Shown here: piece after piece, positions 1 through 10,276 of the stretch | How positions within the stretch are numbered: the stretch's first letter is position 1 | Layout: each line of letters starts with the position of its first letter | Assembly (NCBI GenBank): GCA_963674705.1 | Contig: OY771506.1 | Coordinates: 3,168,001 to 3,232,000 of the forward strand | Length of the DNA: 64,000 bases | From: Phycisphaeraceae bacterium | GTDB lineage: Bacteria; Planctomycetota; Phycisphaerae; Phycisphaerales; Phycisphaeraceae | Direction of reading: 5' to 3' | Program-made: the position numbers and the translations under genes | Notes under the pieces: model-generated | Told to the model about the DNA's origin: nothing | The model's input: the letters and a program-made list of their open reading frames with translations, nothing else | The model's database searches: none

Positions 1-1632
1 GCCGGGCGCTTCCTGGGCTAAACGTTGCAGCAACGGGTGCGACGCGTCGTTGAGTTCCTTGAGCGTCATGGCGGTGGTGACGCGGAATGCTTTTTCGATC
101 GCGGGCAGCGCCCACTGGACGAAGCCGACGGCGAGCACGCCGGTTGCCACCATATAGCCAGAGCCCCAGAAGATGCGCCACATTTCGTTAGGCACATTCA
201 GGGGCCTGCTGATGACCGAGACAAGGAACGAGGTGACAGCCATGGCGAGTCCCGCCCACAAGCCGACGGTGACCAGTTTGGATCGGCTGCGAACCTCGTG
301 AAGCAGGCCGACGGCGACACCGACACCGGTCATCATGACCAGGATGTATTCAACACCGAGGTCAAGGCTGAGTAGGATGAGCAGGCCGACGAATCCACCC
401 ATCGCAAGCGCGAATCGCTGGTCGTAGACAATGACCAGAACAGTAGCTGCCATCAGCACCGGGAGTGTGGAAATCGCGAGCATGAGTTGCGGGTAGCCCC
501 GGCCGAAGAAGACCGCCAGGAACTGGCAAAGCAGCAACAGTGTCGTCAACGCGAGGCCGCGCATCGGATTGCGTACGATCCGTTCGTTGCAGAAGAAGAT
601 ATACGACCAGATGGCGATACCGACGAGCAGCAAGATGCCGATCCGTCCTATATAGAAAAGAGCGAGTTTGTTGTTACCAAGACTGGCGCGATAAGCAGAG
701 TGTTCTGCATGGATCAGTGCGATATCGTCGCGTGTCAGTTCGGTGCCGGTCGGTAAGAGGACGGTATTGGGCTGGTATGTAATGATCTGCTGTTCAACAG
801 CCGCTTCGGCCTCATCGCCACGGAGGCTGGTGATTTGAGCGTCATAATGATACGTCGCCTGCGGGTGCTGCATGACTAATGCGACGATCGACTTGCGCAG
901 GTTTTCCCCTTTGAAGAAGCGTGTGGCAAACTCGACTTCTCTTTCCAGCCGTTCGGTATCGTTCAGAGGCATGATGCGCCGAGCGAACAGGCGCTGCTCT
1001 TTGGTTTTACCGGCAACGGGCGATGGGTGGACGATCGTGATCTGTGTGGCCCCGCCGATAAGGTCATCCGTGGGATGATCATCGGCAGGATCGAGTATGG
1101 CCAGGTCGAACAATTCTTGAAGGAAACGGTGCGTGTCGGCTTTCCACTGTGGGGTGGGCTCGCCATTGGCGACGTAGCGTTTGAGTTCGTTGAGGACCTG
1201 CTGATTGAGATTGATCTGCTCGCGGTAATCCTCCGGGGTGTTATCGATGGAATCCGACTCGGCGAGCGTGAGCAGGTCGTTGAGCCTGTTTTGCAGTGAT
1301 TCAAAATAGACCTGGTCGGGCAAGTAGGTCGGGGGCAGGTTTTGCCGGGCTTCTTTGCGCATTTCCAGGGTGCGCTGGAAGTCTTCGCGCTTGAACTCGA
1401 CCCGCGAGATGATGGGCCTGGTCAGGACCTGCCCGGGGTAGTAGTGGATATGCCCACCAAGCCAGAGGGAGATCGGGCCGGCAATCGCAGTGAGCATGGC
1501 GATAAACGCGCAGGCCCAGAGGACCTCGCGGCGGCGCAGCGTCTGTAACCACCACGGACCCGGCCGAGGGACGTTCTTACGGACCTCACGCCGTCGCGCT
1601 GTGGTTGAGGATTTGCTTTTGCCGTTTGCCAT
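1..1632 (-). CDS. 7TM-HD (HDIG) phosphohydrolase, PgpH/YqfF-like; partial, runs off the left edge
   Basis: Manual translation from ATG 1632 (MANGKSKSS...), then a TM segment. The window-edge end reads LPAIEKAFRVTTAMTLKELNDASHPLLQRLAQEAPG, the motif that precedes the HD domain in 7TM-HD proteins. Lies downstream of phoH, the usual synteny. Confidence 0.85.
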   Translation of the reverse strand, partial: MANGKSKSSTTARRREVRKNVPRPGPWWLQTLRRREVLWACAFIAMLTAIAGPISLWLGGHIHYYPGQVLTRPIISRVEFKREDFQRTLEMRKEARQNLPPTYLPDQVYFESLQNRLNDLLTLAESDSIDNTPEDYREQINLNQQVLNELKRYVANGEPTPQWKADTHRFLQELFDLAILDPADDHPTDDLIGGATQITIVHPSPVAGKTKEQRLFARRIMPLNDTERLEREVEFATRFFKGENLRKSIVALVMQHPQATYHYDAQITSLRGDEAEAAVEQQIITYQPNTVLLPTGTELTRDDIALIHAEHSAYRASLGNNKLALFYIGRIGILLLVGIAIWSYIFFCNERIVRNPMRGLALTTLLLLCQFLAVFFGRGYPQLMLAISTLPVLMAATVLVIVYDQRFALAMGGFVGLLILLSLDLGVEYILVMMTGVGVAVGLLHEVRSRSKLVTVGLWAGLAMAVTSFLVSVISRPLNVPNEMWRIFWGSGYMVATGVLAVGFVQWALPAIEKAFRVTTAMTLKELNDASHPLLQRLAQEAPG

Positions 1633-1746
1633 GCACACTCGCTTGGGGTGTTGGTAGATAACCGGGGTACGTCCGCAGTCCCCTGCACGGTCATCGACCA
1701 GTCATACGGGCCACTTCGCTCGGGGAGCGGGCTCGTGTGCAAGACG

Positions 1747-2820
1747 TTATGGGGCCTTCCCATCCGCCTCGGTGTCCAAGATTTTATCAGACGAGTCAGC
1801 CTCTGTGGCAAATCTTTTTTCAGAGGGTCCCAAAAGGCGGTTTTTACCCTCGCCATAGGCCTCGACAATCCGCTGTACGAGGCTGTGACGCACGATATCA
1901 GCCCCATCCAGTGTCACCATGCCCACACCGCGGACATGGCGTAATCGGCGTACGGCGTCGATCAGACCCGATTCCCTGGGGTCCTCCAGATCGATCTGAG
2001 AGGCGTCGCCGGTGACGATCATTTTGCCGCCCATGCCCAGGCGGGTGAGGAACATGAGCATCTGGCCCTTTGTCGTGTTCTGCGCCTCGTCGAGGATGAT
2101 CAACGCATCGTTGAGCGTTCGGCCGCGCATGAACGCCAGCGGGACGATCTCGATCAGGTCGCAGGCCATGAAGCGTTGGATCTGATCGAACTCCATCATG
2201 TCGTGCAGCGCATCGAGCAGGGGGCGCAGGTAGGGGTTGACTTTCTCTTGAAGATCGCCGGGCAGGAAGCCGAGTTTTTCACCGGCCTCGACAGCGGGGC
2301 GGACAAGCACGAGCTTGCGCATCTGACCGCGTTTGAGCATCGCGACCGCGGCGGCGACGGCGAGGTAAGTCTTACCCGTGCCGGCCGGGCCGGAGCAGAA
2401 GGTGAGGTCGTTTTTAAAGATGGCGTGCAGGTAAGCGCGTTGGCCACCGGTCAGCGCTTTGACACGTTTGCCGGGCAGGTAGACATCCATGCCAAGCGCC
2501 ATATCTTCAACAGCGGGTGTGATCCCGCCGGAGCCAGGCGCGATAGCGGAAGTCGTTTGCGGCAGGCTGGTGACGGTGGCGATGACGTCGATGACCTGCT
2601 TACGGCTCAACGGTTCGTCACGACGTGCGGCGTCCATGAGTCGTTCAATGACGCGCGTTGCGGTGCTGACCATGTTGTCATCGCCACTGATGCGCAGGTG
2701 CCCGTTGCGCGCGATCATACGCACGCCGAGGGCCTCCCGGATAATCTTAAGATTCCGCTCCGCCGGCCCGGTGACAGAGATAGCCTGTTCGTCTTGTGGT
2801 AGTTCGAGGGTGATGTCCAT
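1747..2820 (-). CDS. phoH: PhoH family ATPase
   Basis: GPAGTGKT Walker A, RPAVEAGEKLGFLPGDL, RGRTL, DEAQN and GDASQIDL motifs. Confidence 0.95.
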   Translation of the reverse strand: MDITLELPQDEQAISVTGPAERNLKIIREALGVRMIARNGHLRISGDDNMVSTATRVIERLMDAARRDEPLSRKQVIDVIATVTSLPQTTSAIAPGSGGITPAVEDMALGMDVYLPGKRVKALTGGQRAYLHAIFKNDLTFCSGPAGTGKTYLAVAAAVAMLKRGQMRKLVLVRPAVEAGEKLGFLPGDLQEKVNPYLRPLLDALHDMMEFDQIQRFMACDLIEIVPLAFMRGRTLNDALIILDEAQNTTKGQMLMFLTRLGMGGKMIVTGDASQIDLEDPRESGLIDAVRRLRHVRGVGMVTLDGADIVRHSLVQRIVEAYGEGKNRLLGPSEKRFATEADSSDKILDTEADGKAP

Positions 2821-2879
2821 TGGGTTCTATGATACCCGGCCAAACCGCAAGCGTTGTTGGGGACGCAAGCGTGTTGGGA

Positions 2880-4208
2880 TTACAGCCCACCCCAGATGCG
2901 TCTTAGTTCCTGGGGGGTGGTGGCGAGGTAGGTGCGGCCGTCGGTCATGCGGCGTTCAATGAGGCGGCCGGTGGGGCTGAAGGTGGCGACCTGTTCGGTG
3001 CGGTCGGGGGTGGGGCGGTCGAAGACGCGGTAGGAGCCGCCGGGCAAGGGTTCGATGCGCAGGGTTCGCAGGGACAGCTTGTGCGAGGTCTGGTGGAAGC
3101 TGTAGAACGCCAGTTCGGTGGGTTTGTCGTGGGGCAGCAGGGCGGGGAGGATGTACATGTTGACCTGCGACATATACGGGTAAGGCGGGATTTTCCAGGG
3201 TAGCTTCTTGATGCTGGTGGGTGTTTCCTGCTGGACTTCCATGCCGTCGGCGTTGCGCAGGCCGGTTTGTCGCCAGTTCTGCGTGACTGTTTCGGGCGTT
3301 GTATTGGTGCCGTGGATGACGCGTTGCGGGATGCGCATGGTGGTGGTGATGGTCCAGAACTCAACGACACGGTCGTCGGATTCGAAGAACGAGGCTTCGG
3401 TGTCGTAGGTATTGGGACCATCCACGATGTGAGATCGCACAGCAACGCTCGTACCGGGCGGGACGTGTTCGGCTTCATCGTGCTGGCGGATGCGCATGTA
3501 GCCGACGTCCTTGCCGTTTTGCGTGATGCGCAACCACTGCTCGGCGATCAGGGCGCCTTTGATCTTGTCTTTGTTGATCGAGTCCAGCCAGGTTTTGGCG
3601 TTGTTGATACGTTCGGTCCTCTCGCGGTCAAGTTCAGCGGGGTCGGCGAACGTGACAGAATTCAGCATGGTCTGAAAAGTCTTGAAAGATGAATCGAACA
3701 CGTCGGCGTTGCATTCGAGTTGATAGACGGCGATGGTTTTCGGATCGATCTGCACGTAAACCTGGCCGAAGACCCAGTTGCCTTGTTTCTCATCGGGTAC
3801 GAGCAGGAACAGGCCGAGGCTCTTTCGTTCGGCAACGGTGATCGGCTGCTGGTCCTGGACCATGGTTACCGCGGAGGGGTAAGCGAAACTGAATTCGTTA
3901 GTGGCTTTGGTTTTGACGGCGTCCAGTATCAGTTCGTTTTGAGATTGGCGAATAAAAACACTGATGGTGGCACGCTCTTGGGTGATGAATTTGATGCTGG
4001 CTCCATCATCAACCTGCTCGATCCATGCCGCGTCGGGTGGGGCGGTGAGTGACATGCCGTAGGCGTGTTCCTGCCAGCGTGAGCGACCTTGTTCCCCGCT
4101 ATCGATCTGCGCAAGTGCGGGCTGTGTGATGAAGATGCAGGCGATGAGCCAACAGACAGTCCAGCAACATAATAACCTTGGCATGAATGACTCCCGCCGG
4201 GTGAACAC
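2880..4208 (-). CDS. exported hypothetical protein (start may be 4184)
   Basis: 442-aa ORF with a signal-peptide-like N-terminus (WLIACIFITQPALAQ); no family recognised. Confidence 0.7.
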   Translation of the reverse strand: MFTRRESFMPRLLCCWTVCWLIACIFITQPALAQIDSGEQGRSRWQEHAYGMSLTAPPDAAWIEQVDDGASIKFITQERATISVFIRQSQNELILDAVKTKATNEFSFAYPSAVTMVQDQQPITVAERKSLGLFLLVPDEKQGNWVFGQVYVQIDPKTIAVYQLECNADVFDSSFKTFQTMLNSVTFADPAELDRERTERINNAKTWLDSINKDKIKGALIAEQWLRITQNGKDVGYMRIRQHDEAEHVPPGTSVAVRSHIVDGPNTYDTEASFFESDDRVVEFWTITTTMRIPQRVIHGTNTTPETVTQNWRQTGLRNADGMEVQQETPTSIKKLPWKIPPYPYMSQVNMYILPALLPHDKPTELAFYSFHQTSHKLSLRTLRIEPLPGGSYRVFDRPTPDRTEQVATFSPTGRLIERRMTDGRTYLATTPQELRRIWGGL

Positions 4209-4849
4209 TATTTTTTGACAATTTTGGCAGACATATACATATACTGCAGGTGATTAATATTCACGCTCAGCAGGTCGTCCTGGTTTTCGCCGGGCTCCAC
4301 GGTATCGGTGAGGTAGACCCACCAGAACAGCTTTCCGTCGAGGGTAAGACAAGCGAGCATGTGCAGGCGTTTTTCGCTTTCTGTTCCGTTACTGGTGCCG
4401 ATGAACTGGATACCTTTCAAGCCGGTGTCGGCAACGGTGATGCTCATCGGGTCGCTGATCAGCTTGAAGCTTTGCAGTTCAGCTTCATCAATATGTTTTG
4501 CCAGGAACTGCTTGGCGGCCTGGATCGGGTCGTTCTGCTCGCCGGCTTTGAGTGTGGCGAGTGTGATTTGCCTGTTGGGTTTCGATGGATCGGCGGTGAC
4601 CAGGAGGCCGTCCTCGCTGTGGATGGTTTGCCAGTCGCTGGGTGTCTGGATGGTGATCGCCGGGCTGTGTTCAGTGCGGTCCACCTCGGGCATGGCCTGC
4701 CTTCGGTTCATCGGGGTGTTCAGATAGGCGGGTCGGTCACCGGCCTGTAGTTTTGCCAAGCCGGTCACGCCCAGCAAGAGAGTGCCGGCGATCACCGCGA
4801 CAGCAGCAAACTGAACACGTTCCGATTTAAACAGGGGTTGCGGAGGCAT
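4208..4849 (-). CDS. membrane-anchored hypothetical protein
   Basis: 213 aa, N-terminal TM helix, adjacent to the downstream ORF; TACTAT box 6 nt before the ATG. Confidence 0.7.
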   Translation of the reverse strand: MPPQPLFKSERVQFAAVAVIAGTLLLGVTGLAKLQAGDRPAYLNTPMNRRQAMPEVDRTEHSPAITIQTPSDWQTIHSEDGLLVTADPSKPNRQITLATLKAGEQNDPIQAAKQFLAKHIDEAELQSFKLISDPMSITVADTGLKGIQFIGTSNGTESEKRLHMLACLTLDGKLFWWVYLTDTVEPGENQDDLLSVNINHLQYMYMSAKIVKK

Positions 4850-4909
4850 ATATCGATAGTAGACCGGCCAGGTCGCCTTCGCAATTGTGAGCTTGAGATT
4901 CGCTGATCG

Positions 4910-5584
4910 TCAGGCCGCGTGTTTGAGCGTGGTAGGCTTGACGTGCAGGACCGTGGGGGTGGGGGCTTCCACGGGGATTTGAGCGCCCGCGAAGAGCAAT
5001 GACCATGCCTTGGACACGGTCTCATCCGGCAGGATGAAGACCTTGCCGCCGGCGCCGGTCAACGCTTTTGCCTGCTGGGGTGTGGCGACCAGCGCCCGAT
5101 CACATGCGGCGATGATCTGCGCTCTCCTGGTGGCAGTCAGTTCGACCTGTTTTCGTGGCCAGAGGCGCTGATACAAGCTGGTAATGGTTGCTTGTGAATC
5201 GGTCTTGTCAAAGGTGAAGTCGCAGATCGCCGTGCTGATCCTGCCGGGGAAGACGGCCGGCCATGCTTGCGGATTGGTTGCGAGCAAGGCGTCGAAGTTC
5301 TGGGTGTTGGTCCAGGTGATAACGTCGCCGGAAAACGGCGAGGTATCTTTCCATGGCCGCTTCGGTGCGGCGATCTGTACCCGGTCAACCCGCTTGGCGA
5401 CGCGGCGCCAGAGGCTGAGGTTGACGGGTTTGTCAGCAACGGCCGACAGGTAGACCCGGTGAGTTACCGATGCACAGCAAAGCAGACGCCAGGCCCGGGT
5501 AGCGCGCTGGTCGCCATCCGGGTCGGGGAATCGATCGCTAAGCATCAGCAGCGTCGGTTTTTGTTGTGTGGTTTCAAGACGCAT
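4910..5584 (-). CDS. glycosyltransferase-like protein, N-terminal GT-B domain only
   Basis: LLMLSDRFPDPDGDQRATRAWRLL resembles the N-terminus of PEP-CTERM/EpsH-associated GT4 sugar transferases; only 224 aa. Confidence 0.55.
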   Translation of the reverse strand: MRLETTQQKPTLLMLSDRFPDPDGDQRATRAWRLLCCASVTHRVYLSAVADKPVNLSLWRRVAKRVDRVQIAAPKRPWKDTSPFSGDVITWTNTQNFDALLATNPQAWPAVFPGRISTAICDFTFDKTDSQATITSLYQRLWPRKQVELTATRRAQIIAACDRALVATPQQAKALTGAGGKVFILPDETVSKAWSLLFAGAQIPVEAPTPTVLHVKPTTLKHAA

Positions 5585-5786
5585 TGTTTTGATTCCACCG
5601 GGTCATCCTGCCGGTCTTCTCTCCCGTCCGCCCCGTCTGGCGTTTACATCCTGCAAGTCATCCGTGCTGTCCATCCTTGTTGCTTTCTCCCACTCCGCCC
5701 CGTCGTCGCAACTATGACGTTACCCGACATAGTGCAGATCTTCATGGGTCAATCCTTACTCAAGAGCGTGTGTTACTAATCAATCC

Positions 5787-6866
5787 TTATGCGGCACGTT
5801 TAGCGTAGTATCGGTACCGGTATCGGTAGCCGTATCGGTAGTAGTGGTAGCGGTTGCGACCGCGTTCCTGGTCGGTGGCGATGACGCCTGCGACAGGCGC
5901 GTTGTAACTGCGTAACGCACGCAGGGCCTGTTCGATGAGCGGCTTGGGTGTTCTGCTGATGCGTGCGATGAGCATGACCTCGTCGCTGAGCCCGCCGATG
6001 ATGCCGGCGTCTGCCAGCTCGATGACCGGCGGCGTATCGATGATGATGTGGTCATACTTCGTACGCAGCTTTTCGAGCAGCTTTGTCATGCGGTTGTTGC
6101 TGAGCAACTGCACGGCGTCGTTGCTGGCGCGGCTGCCTGCCTTGATGATGTGCAGGGCCGTGCCTTCAAGCTTGGTGATCACCTCGTTGAGGGAGACCTG
6201 GCCTCGCAAGTACTCGATCATCCCCTTGGATTCATGCAGGTGCAGTAACTTGTTGAATGTGGGCAGTCGTAGGTCAGCTTCGATCACGATGGTTTTACGG
6301 TTGCGCAGCTCTGCCAGGCTCAGTCCCAGGTTCAGGCTGGTGATGGTTTTGCCTTCTTGCGGTGTGGCGCTGGTGATGGTGTGTACCAGGTGGCGTCGGT
6401 GTTCCCAGCGTGCGAGCAGGGTGGTGCGGATGCCGCGGTATTCCTCGGCCAACTGTGAAGACGGTTCGGTCAGTGAGACGAGTCGATCGTCGATGCTCTG
6501 CAGCCATTCCGACGACAGACGCAGTCGGGGTCGTATGGAAACACCGGCAGTGACATCGCCCTGTTGCTCTGTGGTGTAGCTATCGGAAGTCGAGATCGTG
6601 GATTCCTGTTCGGCGCGTGCAGCGCTAAAGTTATAGACCGGTGCGTCTTCTTCCTCGGGTTCAGGTTGCCATGATGTATCCGACGCCTCGACATGCGGCG
6701 TCTGCTCGACGGGTTCGGTGGGTGGGGTGGCGTCTTCGGCGCGTGGTCCCACCTGCGGCACCTCGACCGGTTCGTTGGGGGTCTGCGATTTGTTCGATAC
6801 CACGTCCTTTTCGGGGCGCGGATCGTCATCGCTTCGGTTCATGGCGTCAAATACATATCCCATCAC
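5787..6866 (-). CDS. CpsD/CapB family BY tyrosine kinase
   Basis: SATPQEGKT Walker A, IEADLRLP, IIIDTPP and a C-terminal Tyr cluster RYHYYRYGYRYRYRYY. Confidence 0.92.
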   Translation of the reverse strand: MMGYVFDAMNRSDDDPRPEKDVVSNKSQTPNEPVEVPQVGPRAEDATPPTEPVEQTPHVEASDTSWQPEPEEEDAPVYNFSAARAEQESTISTSDSYTTEQQGDVTAGVSIRPRLRLSSEWLQSIDDRLVSLTEPSSQLAEEYRGIRTTLLARWEHRRHLVHTITSATPQEGKTITSLNLGLSLAELRNRKTIVIEADLRLPTFNKLLHLHESKGMIEYLRGQVSLNEVITKLEGTALHIIKAGSRASNDAVQLLSNNRMTKLLEKLRTKYDHIIIDTPPVIELADAGIIGGLSDEVMLIARISRTPKPLIEQALRALRSYNAPVAGVIATDQERGRNRYHYYRYGYRYRYRYYAKRAA

Positions 6867-6874
6867 TATTTCCC

Positions 6875-7747
6875 TCAGGCCGCGAGACTCAGCCTCGGTT
6901 GGTTGGTTCGCGCATCGGTGTCCTCACCGAAGCTTGGCACCATGTCATCCAGGACTTGCCGCACCATCAGCGGCGTAACACGACGTACTTCCTTGACGAA
7001 TCCGAGCAGCAGGCAGTTGTCGCAGACAACATTGACGAGGCGCGGGATGCCCCGGGTTGCTTCGTACATTGCCGAGATCGAATCACCGCTGAAACTGACT
7101 GCCACATTACGCGGGTCTTTGCTTGCCGCTTTGAGGCGGTGGGCGATGTACCCGGCAGTGTCGTGCAGGCTCAATGGTTTGAGCTGTTTGGCCATGACGA
7201 TCCGCTGACGCAGTGCGCTGAGCCTGGGCGACGCGATGTGATCGCGCAGTTCGGGTTGCCCAACGAGCACGAGTTGCAGGAGCTTGGTCGTGTTGGTGTC
7301 GAAGTTGCTGATGAGGCGAAGTTCTTCCAAAGCTTCGGTTGAGAGCGTTTGGGCTTCGTCGATGAACAGCACGACCGGGCGGTTGGCGTCGGCCTGGGTG
7401 TTCAGGTAGAGCTCGAGCCTTTCAAGCAACCGAGCATGGTCGTCACGGTCACGGGTTCGCACGTTCAGCGCCCGCAGCACGTGGCGGATCAGCTCGCTGG
7501 ATTCACGGTGGCCGTGCACGAGACGGACGATCGTCGCGTCCTGGCCGCAGCGTTGGAGCATGGTGCGGCCGACGGTCGTTTTGCCGGAGCCGATGTTGCC
7601 GGTGACAAGGACGATACCTTTGCGCATGCGGATCGTGTACTCGATCGCTGCCAGCGCCTCACGGTGTTGTTCACTGGCGTAGAAGAAACGCGGATCGGGC
7701 GTGTTCTCGAACGGCATCGTGCTGAAGTTGTAGTACTTGTCGTACAT
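6875..7747 (-). CDS. ExeA-family AAA ATPase (EPS/exosortase-system-associated type)
   Basis: PFENTPDPRFFY, GNIGSGKT, FIDEAQ, LVGQPEL and GIPRLVN motifs. Confidence 0.92.
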   Translation of the reverse strand: MYDKYYNFSTMPFENTPDPRFFYASEQHREALAAIEYTIRMRKGIVLVTGNIGSGKTTVGRTMLQRCGQDATIVRLVHGHRESSELIRHVLRALNVRTRDRDDHARLLERLELYLNTQADANRPVVLFIDEAQTLSTEALEELRLISNFDTNTTKLLQLVLVGQPELRDHIASPRLSALRQRIVMAKQLKPLSLHDTAGYIAHRLKAASKDPRNVAVSFSGDSISAMYEATRGIPRLVNVVCDNCLLLGFVKEVRRVTPLMVRQVLDDMVPSFGEDTDARTNQPRLSLAA

Positions 7748-7774
7748 GTTGGCTCATCCGTGTCCGTTAAGCGG

Positions 7775-9445
7775 TTATTCCTTGGGTTCAATCGCTTCCA
7801 GGTTGGGTGTCTCAGAGGCTTCGGCGGAAGGCATCTGGAAGACCCACGAGGCTTTGGCTTTGAGGTTGTCCAGGACGTCCGGTTTTTCCAGGTCCAGGTA
7901 AAGGATCGTGACCATCCCGATGAGTGCGGCGGCCATCACGGTTGCGTTGGTCGGGTACAGGATCAGGTTCCGCATGCGTCGGACCTTGCGTTGCTGACGG
8001 CTGATCAGTTCGCTGACCGAACCGAGCAGGGGCAGGTCGAAGGCACGTGCCAGTTCATCACCTGAGGCGAATGTTTCGTCGGTACGGTGAGCAAAGAAGA
8101 CGCTGAGCGAACCGGCCATCAAGCCCAGGCCGATCGCGGCCATCAGGACCTGTGCCAGATTCGGTGAAACGGGTTTGACATTGACGGTGCCGGGACGGAC
8201 GAAGTCAAGTTCGATGCCACGGTTACCCGATTCGGCCGCGAGTGTCATCTCGACACGGCGAAGGTTTTCTTCCCAGAAAGTCAGTTGACGCTGAGCCTGG
8301 TCAACCTGGCGGGACAGCTTGCGGTATTCACTGCGGACCGGGAACATGTCGTCGGTCTGTGCCGCCATCTGTTCGACCTGGCCGGTGACGACCTCGATCT
8401 GACTGGTCAAGGCTTCTTCTTCTGTGATCGCCTGGGTGTATTGCAGCTCAAGTTCGGCGAGTTTCGGATTGGCCTTGTGTTGCTCCTGGGCAACGATGAT
8501 TTTGTCTGTGTTGTCAATAGTGATTTGAAGGTCTGCGATGCGCTGCTTAAGCGTGATGACTTCGGGGTGGGCCGGCTTCATCTTTAAGACATCGGTGTAG
8601 TTGGTAAGCTGGTCGGACAGCGACCGCATCTTGTCTTCAAGGCGTGTCAGCTCGGGATTGGGGGCCGTGATCTGTTCGGGGATCGTTGCGGGCGTGTTTT
8701 CGATCGCGGTTTTCAGGTTGCGGGCACGTACGATGGCGGCGTCGCGTTCCGCGATAATGTTCTGCAGTTCGGTCTCCCGATTACCGAGCCGGTCCTGCAT
8801 GCCGTTGGCACTTTCCGGCAGCAGATCGCCGTTGTTGATTTCAAACTGAAGCAACCGGGTTTCCAGGTCTTCAATATGATTGCGGCTATTAGAGACTTCC
8901 TGTTCGAAGAATTCGGCAGATTCGTTGAGCCGCTGCTCCATAGCATCCTTGGTGCGGCGGATGTAGTTCTTCACCAGGCCGTTGACGACCAGCTTGGAGA
9001 CTTCGGGATCCGGACACGTGTATCCGACACGCACACGGTCCAGGGAGCCGGAGGAAACGTCCCAGTGAACGATCGTGCCGCGCAGGATATTGTTGCGCAG
9101 GACCTGTCGATCGAGGGTGGTGCGGATCGTACCACGGGCGATCAGTTCCGGTTCGATCTGTTCTAACAGTTCATCGACGGCGCGATGGCCGGTGATTTCT
9201 TCGACCAGTGAGTTGCGGGGCTCCTGGAAGTTACGTGTTGCACCCTTAGCGGTCATCTCGGTGAGGACCATATCGGTGCGCCGTTCGAACATCGCCTCGG
9301 AGCTGTACTTTCGGGGAAGCATCATGCTCATCCCGAGTACGCCCAGTGTGATCGCGAACGCTGGGAGGATAAACCGCCACCGGTAGCGAAGCAGCAGCTC
9401 CCAGAGTTCAAGAACGGCATTTTGTTGAGTGTTTTTTTGACTCAT
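7775..9445 (-). CDS. polysaccharide co-polymerase / chain-length determinant (Wzz/GumC-like)
   Basis: N-terminal TM then PRKYSS, long coiled coil with HPEV, PVSPN before the second TM, and DLPLLGSV. Confidence 0.88.
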   Translation of the reverse strand: MSQKNTQQNAVLELWELLLRYRWRFILPAFAITLGVLGMSMMLPRKYSSEAMFERRTDMVLTEMTAKGATRNFQEPRNSLVEEITGHRAVDELLEQIEPELIARGTIRTTLDRQVLRNNILRGTIVHWDVSSGSLDRVRVGYTCPDPEVSKLVVNGLVKNYIRRTKDAMEQRLNESAEFFEQEVSNSRNHIEDLETRLLQFEINNGDLLPESANGMQDRLGNRETELQNIIAERDAAIVRARNLKTAIENTPATIPEQITAPNPELTRLEDKMRSLSDQLTNYTDVLKMKPAHPEVITLKQRIADLQITIDNTDKIIVAQEQHKANPKLAELELQYTQAITEEEALTSQIEVVTGQVEQMAAQTDDMFPVRSEYRKLSRQVDQAQRQLTFWEENLRRVEMTLAAESGNRGIELDFVRPGTVNVKPVSPNLAQVLMAAIGLGLMAGSLSVFFAHRTDETFASGDELARAFDLPLLGSVSELISRQQRKVRRMRNLILYPTNATVMAAALIGMVTILYLDLEKPDVLDNLKAKASWVFQMPSAEASETPNLEAIEPKE

Positions 9446-9470
9446 ATCACGCTACTTTCAACACGACGGA

Positions 9471-10241
9471 CTACTCTTCTGCACGTGGGCCGTAAGTCGA
9501 ATAGCCTCTGGCTTCGTACTGGATATCCCCAGGCCCTGCGATCGTCGAGGCGATCGGCTGGAAGGGCAGCAAAAGCTGCTGGAAACCCAGCGCGACGGAC
9601 GCCAAAGGTGTCGGCGGGACATAGATGATGTCACCTTCCTCCATCACCGCGTTGAGGAGTGTGTCGCCTTCCTTGACCATCTTGTCCAAGTCGACTGTCA
9701 TCTTGCGGATCATCTCACCGTCCGCATTAGGGCGCATAACCTGGATCTTCGTGGGGTCGGCCAGCCGCGTAGGCTGGGCTTTCGCCATGGTGCCTAAGAT
9801 GGTGTTTGCACCGTTATAGGCGTAGGGTCCGGGGCGTGTGACTTCACCGAACACGAAGATCTTCTTGCTGGAGTATTCAACAACGCGCACCGAAACGTCG
9901 GCGTCCTCGTAGTATTCCTGTGCCAGAAGCGTGAGTTCGGCCTCAACTTCCTCACTGGTCATACCCGCGACGTAGACGCGGCCCAGCAACGGCAGATTGA
10001 TCTTGCCGTCCGGGCTGATGGTTTCGGTGTGGCGGTGGATCTCCCGCACACGCTTGGAGTAAATCTGTACCGTGTCGGGCGGCGCCATGCGGTATTCGGT
10101 GGCCGTCACCACGGGGCGTGGCTCATTGATGAATGAGCTGTAGTCCGTGTAGGTTTTGGCACAACCGCTGAGCATGAACGCGCAGACCAACAGCAGCAAA
10201 CCGGCAATCGGGCCATGATTTTGGGCCATGCTATTTCGCAT
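9471..10241 (-). CDS. Wza-like polysaccharide export lipoprotein (Poly_export + SLBB)
   Basis: Lipobox LSGC; ISPDGKINLPLLG, FVFGEVTRPG and GDIIYVP motifs; AGGAG upstream of ATG 10241. Confidence 0.9.
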   Translation of the reverse strand: MRNSMAQNHGPIAGLLLLVCAFMLSGCAKTYTDYSSFINEPRPVVTATEYRMAPPDTVQIYSKRVREIHRHTETISPDGKINLPLLGRVYVAGMTSEEVEAELTLLAQEYYEDADVSVRVVEYSSKKIFVFGEVTRPGPYAYNGANTILGTMAKAQPTRLADPTKIQVMRPNADGEMIRKMTVDLDKMVKEGDTLLNAVMEEGDIIYVPPTPLASVALGFQQLLLPFQPIASTIAGPGDIQYEARGYSTYGPRAEE

Positions 10242-10276
10242 CGGCAGGCTCCTAACGGTCTGTCGGGACACCGACG

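Noticed and set aside
5800..5856. CGGTA(G/T/C) hexamer repeats as a non-coding repeat element
   Set aside because: They encode the Tyr/Arg autophosphorylation cluster of the BY-kinase
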